From a bacterium (lineage in GTDB: Bacteria; Zhuqueibacterota; Zhuqueibacteria; Oceanimicrobiales; Oceanimicrobiaceae), in the NCBI GenBank assembly GCA_046757025.1, contig JBHHXN010000124.1:1-15493 (forward strand): a DNA stretch of 15,493 bases, read 5' to 3'. The notes under the pieces were generated by a model that saw nothing but the letters and a program-made list of their open reading frames with translations, searched no databases and was not told the DNA's origin. Numbering within the stretch: the stretch's first letter is position 1; every line of letters starts with the position of its first letter. This document shows, piece by piece, positions 15,373-15,493 of the stretch. A program made the position numbers and the translations under genes.

Positions 15373-15493
15373 TACCCTTTGCACTTTTTCCTTTTACCCT
15401 TTTCGCTTATTTAATAAGGCTAAATATAATGAAGTTGACTTAAATCAGAGTCAGGCAAAAAAGTGCGGGGACGCCCGGGTTTTGTGGAAAAAA

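Overview
Bacterial accessory region with all supported protein genes on the + strand. It opens with the 3' part of an M48/YgjP-like metallopeptidase. This runs into an integron attC-like site interrupted by a MITE (22-bp inverted repeats, 9-bp duplication, internal REP-like doublet). Next come an NTF2-like (DUF4440/SnoaL-like) gene, a degenerate group IIC intron 3' end on the - strand, and a cyclase-family lipoprotein. The core is a tight six-gene cluster: ECF sigma factor, zinc-binding membrane anti-sigma factor, and four predicted exported HEAT/PBS-lyase-repeat proteins with very regular, gene-specific repeat motifs. A second MITE/REP element, a TenA_E-type gene and a DUF433/PIN toxin-antitoxin pair follow. 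The window ends with a 1017-aa NACHT NTPase fused to a C-terminal FGE-sulfatase (C-type lectin fold) domain whose 3' end looks like the variable region of a diversity-generating retroelement (DGR) target. All calls come from reading the sequence and recognising motifs; no searches were run.
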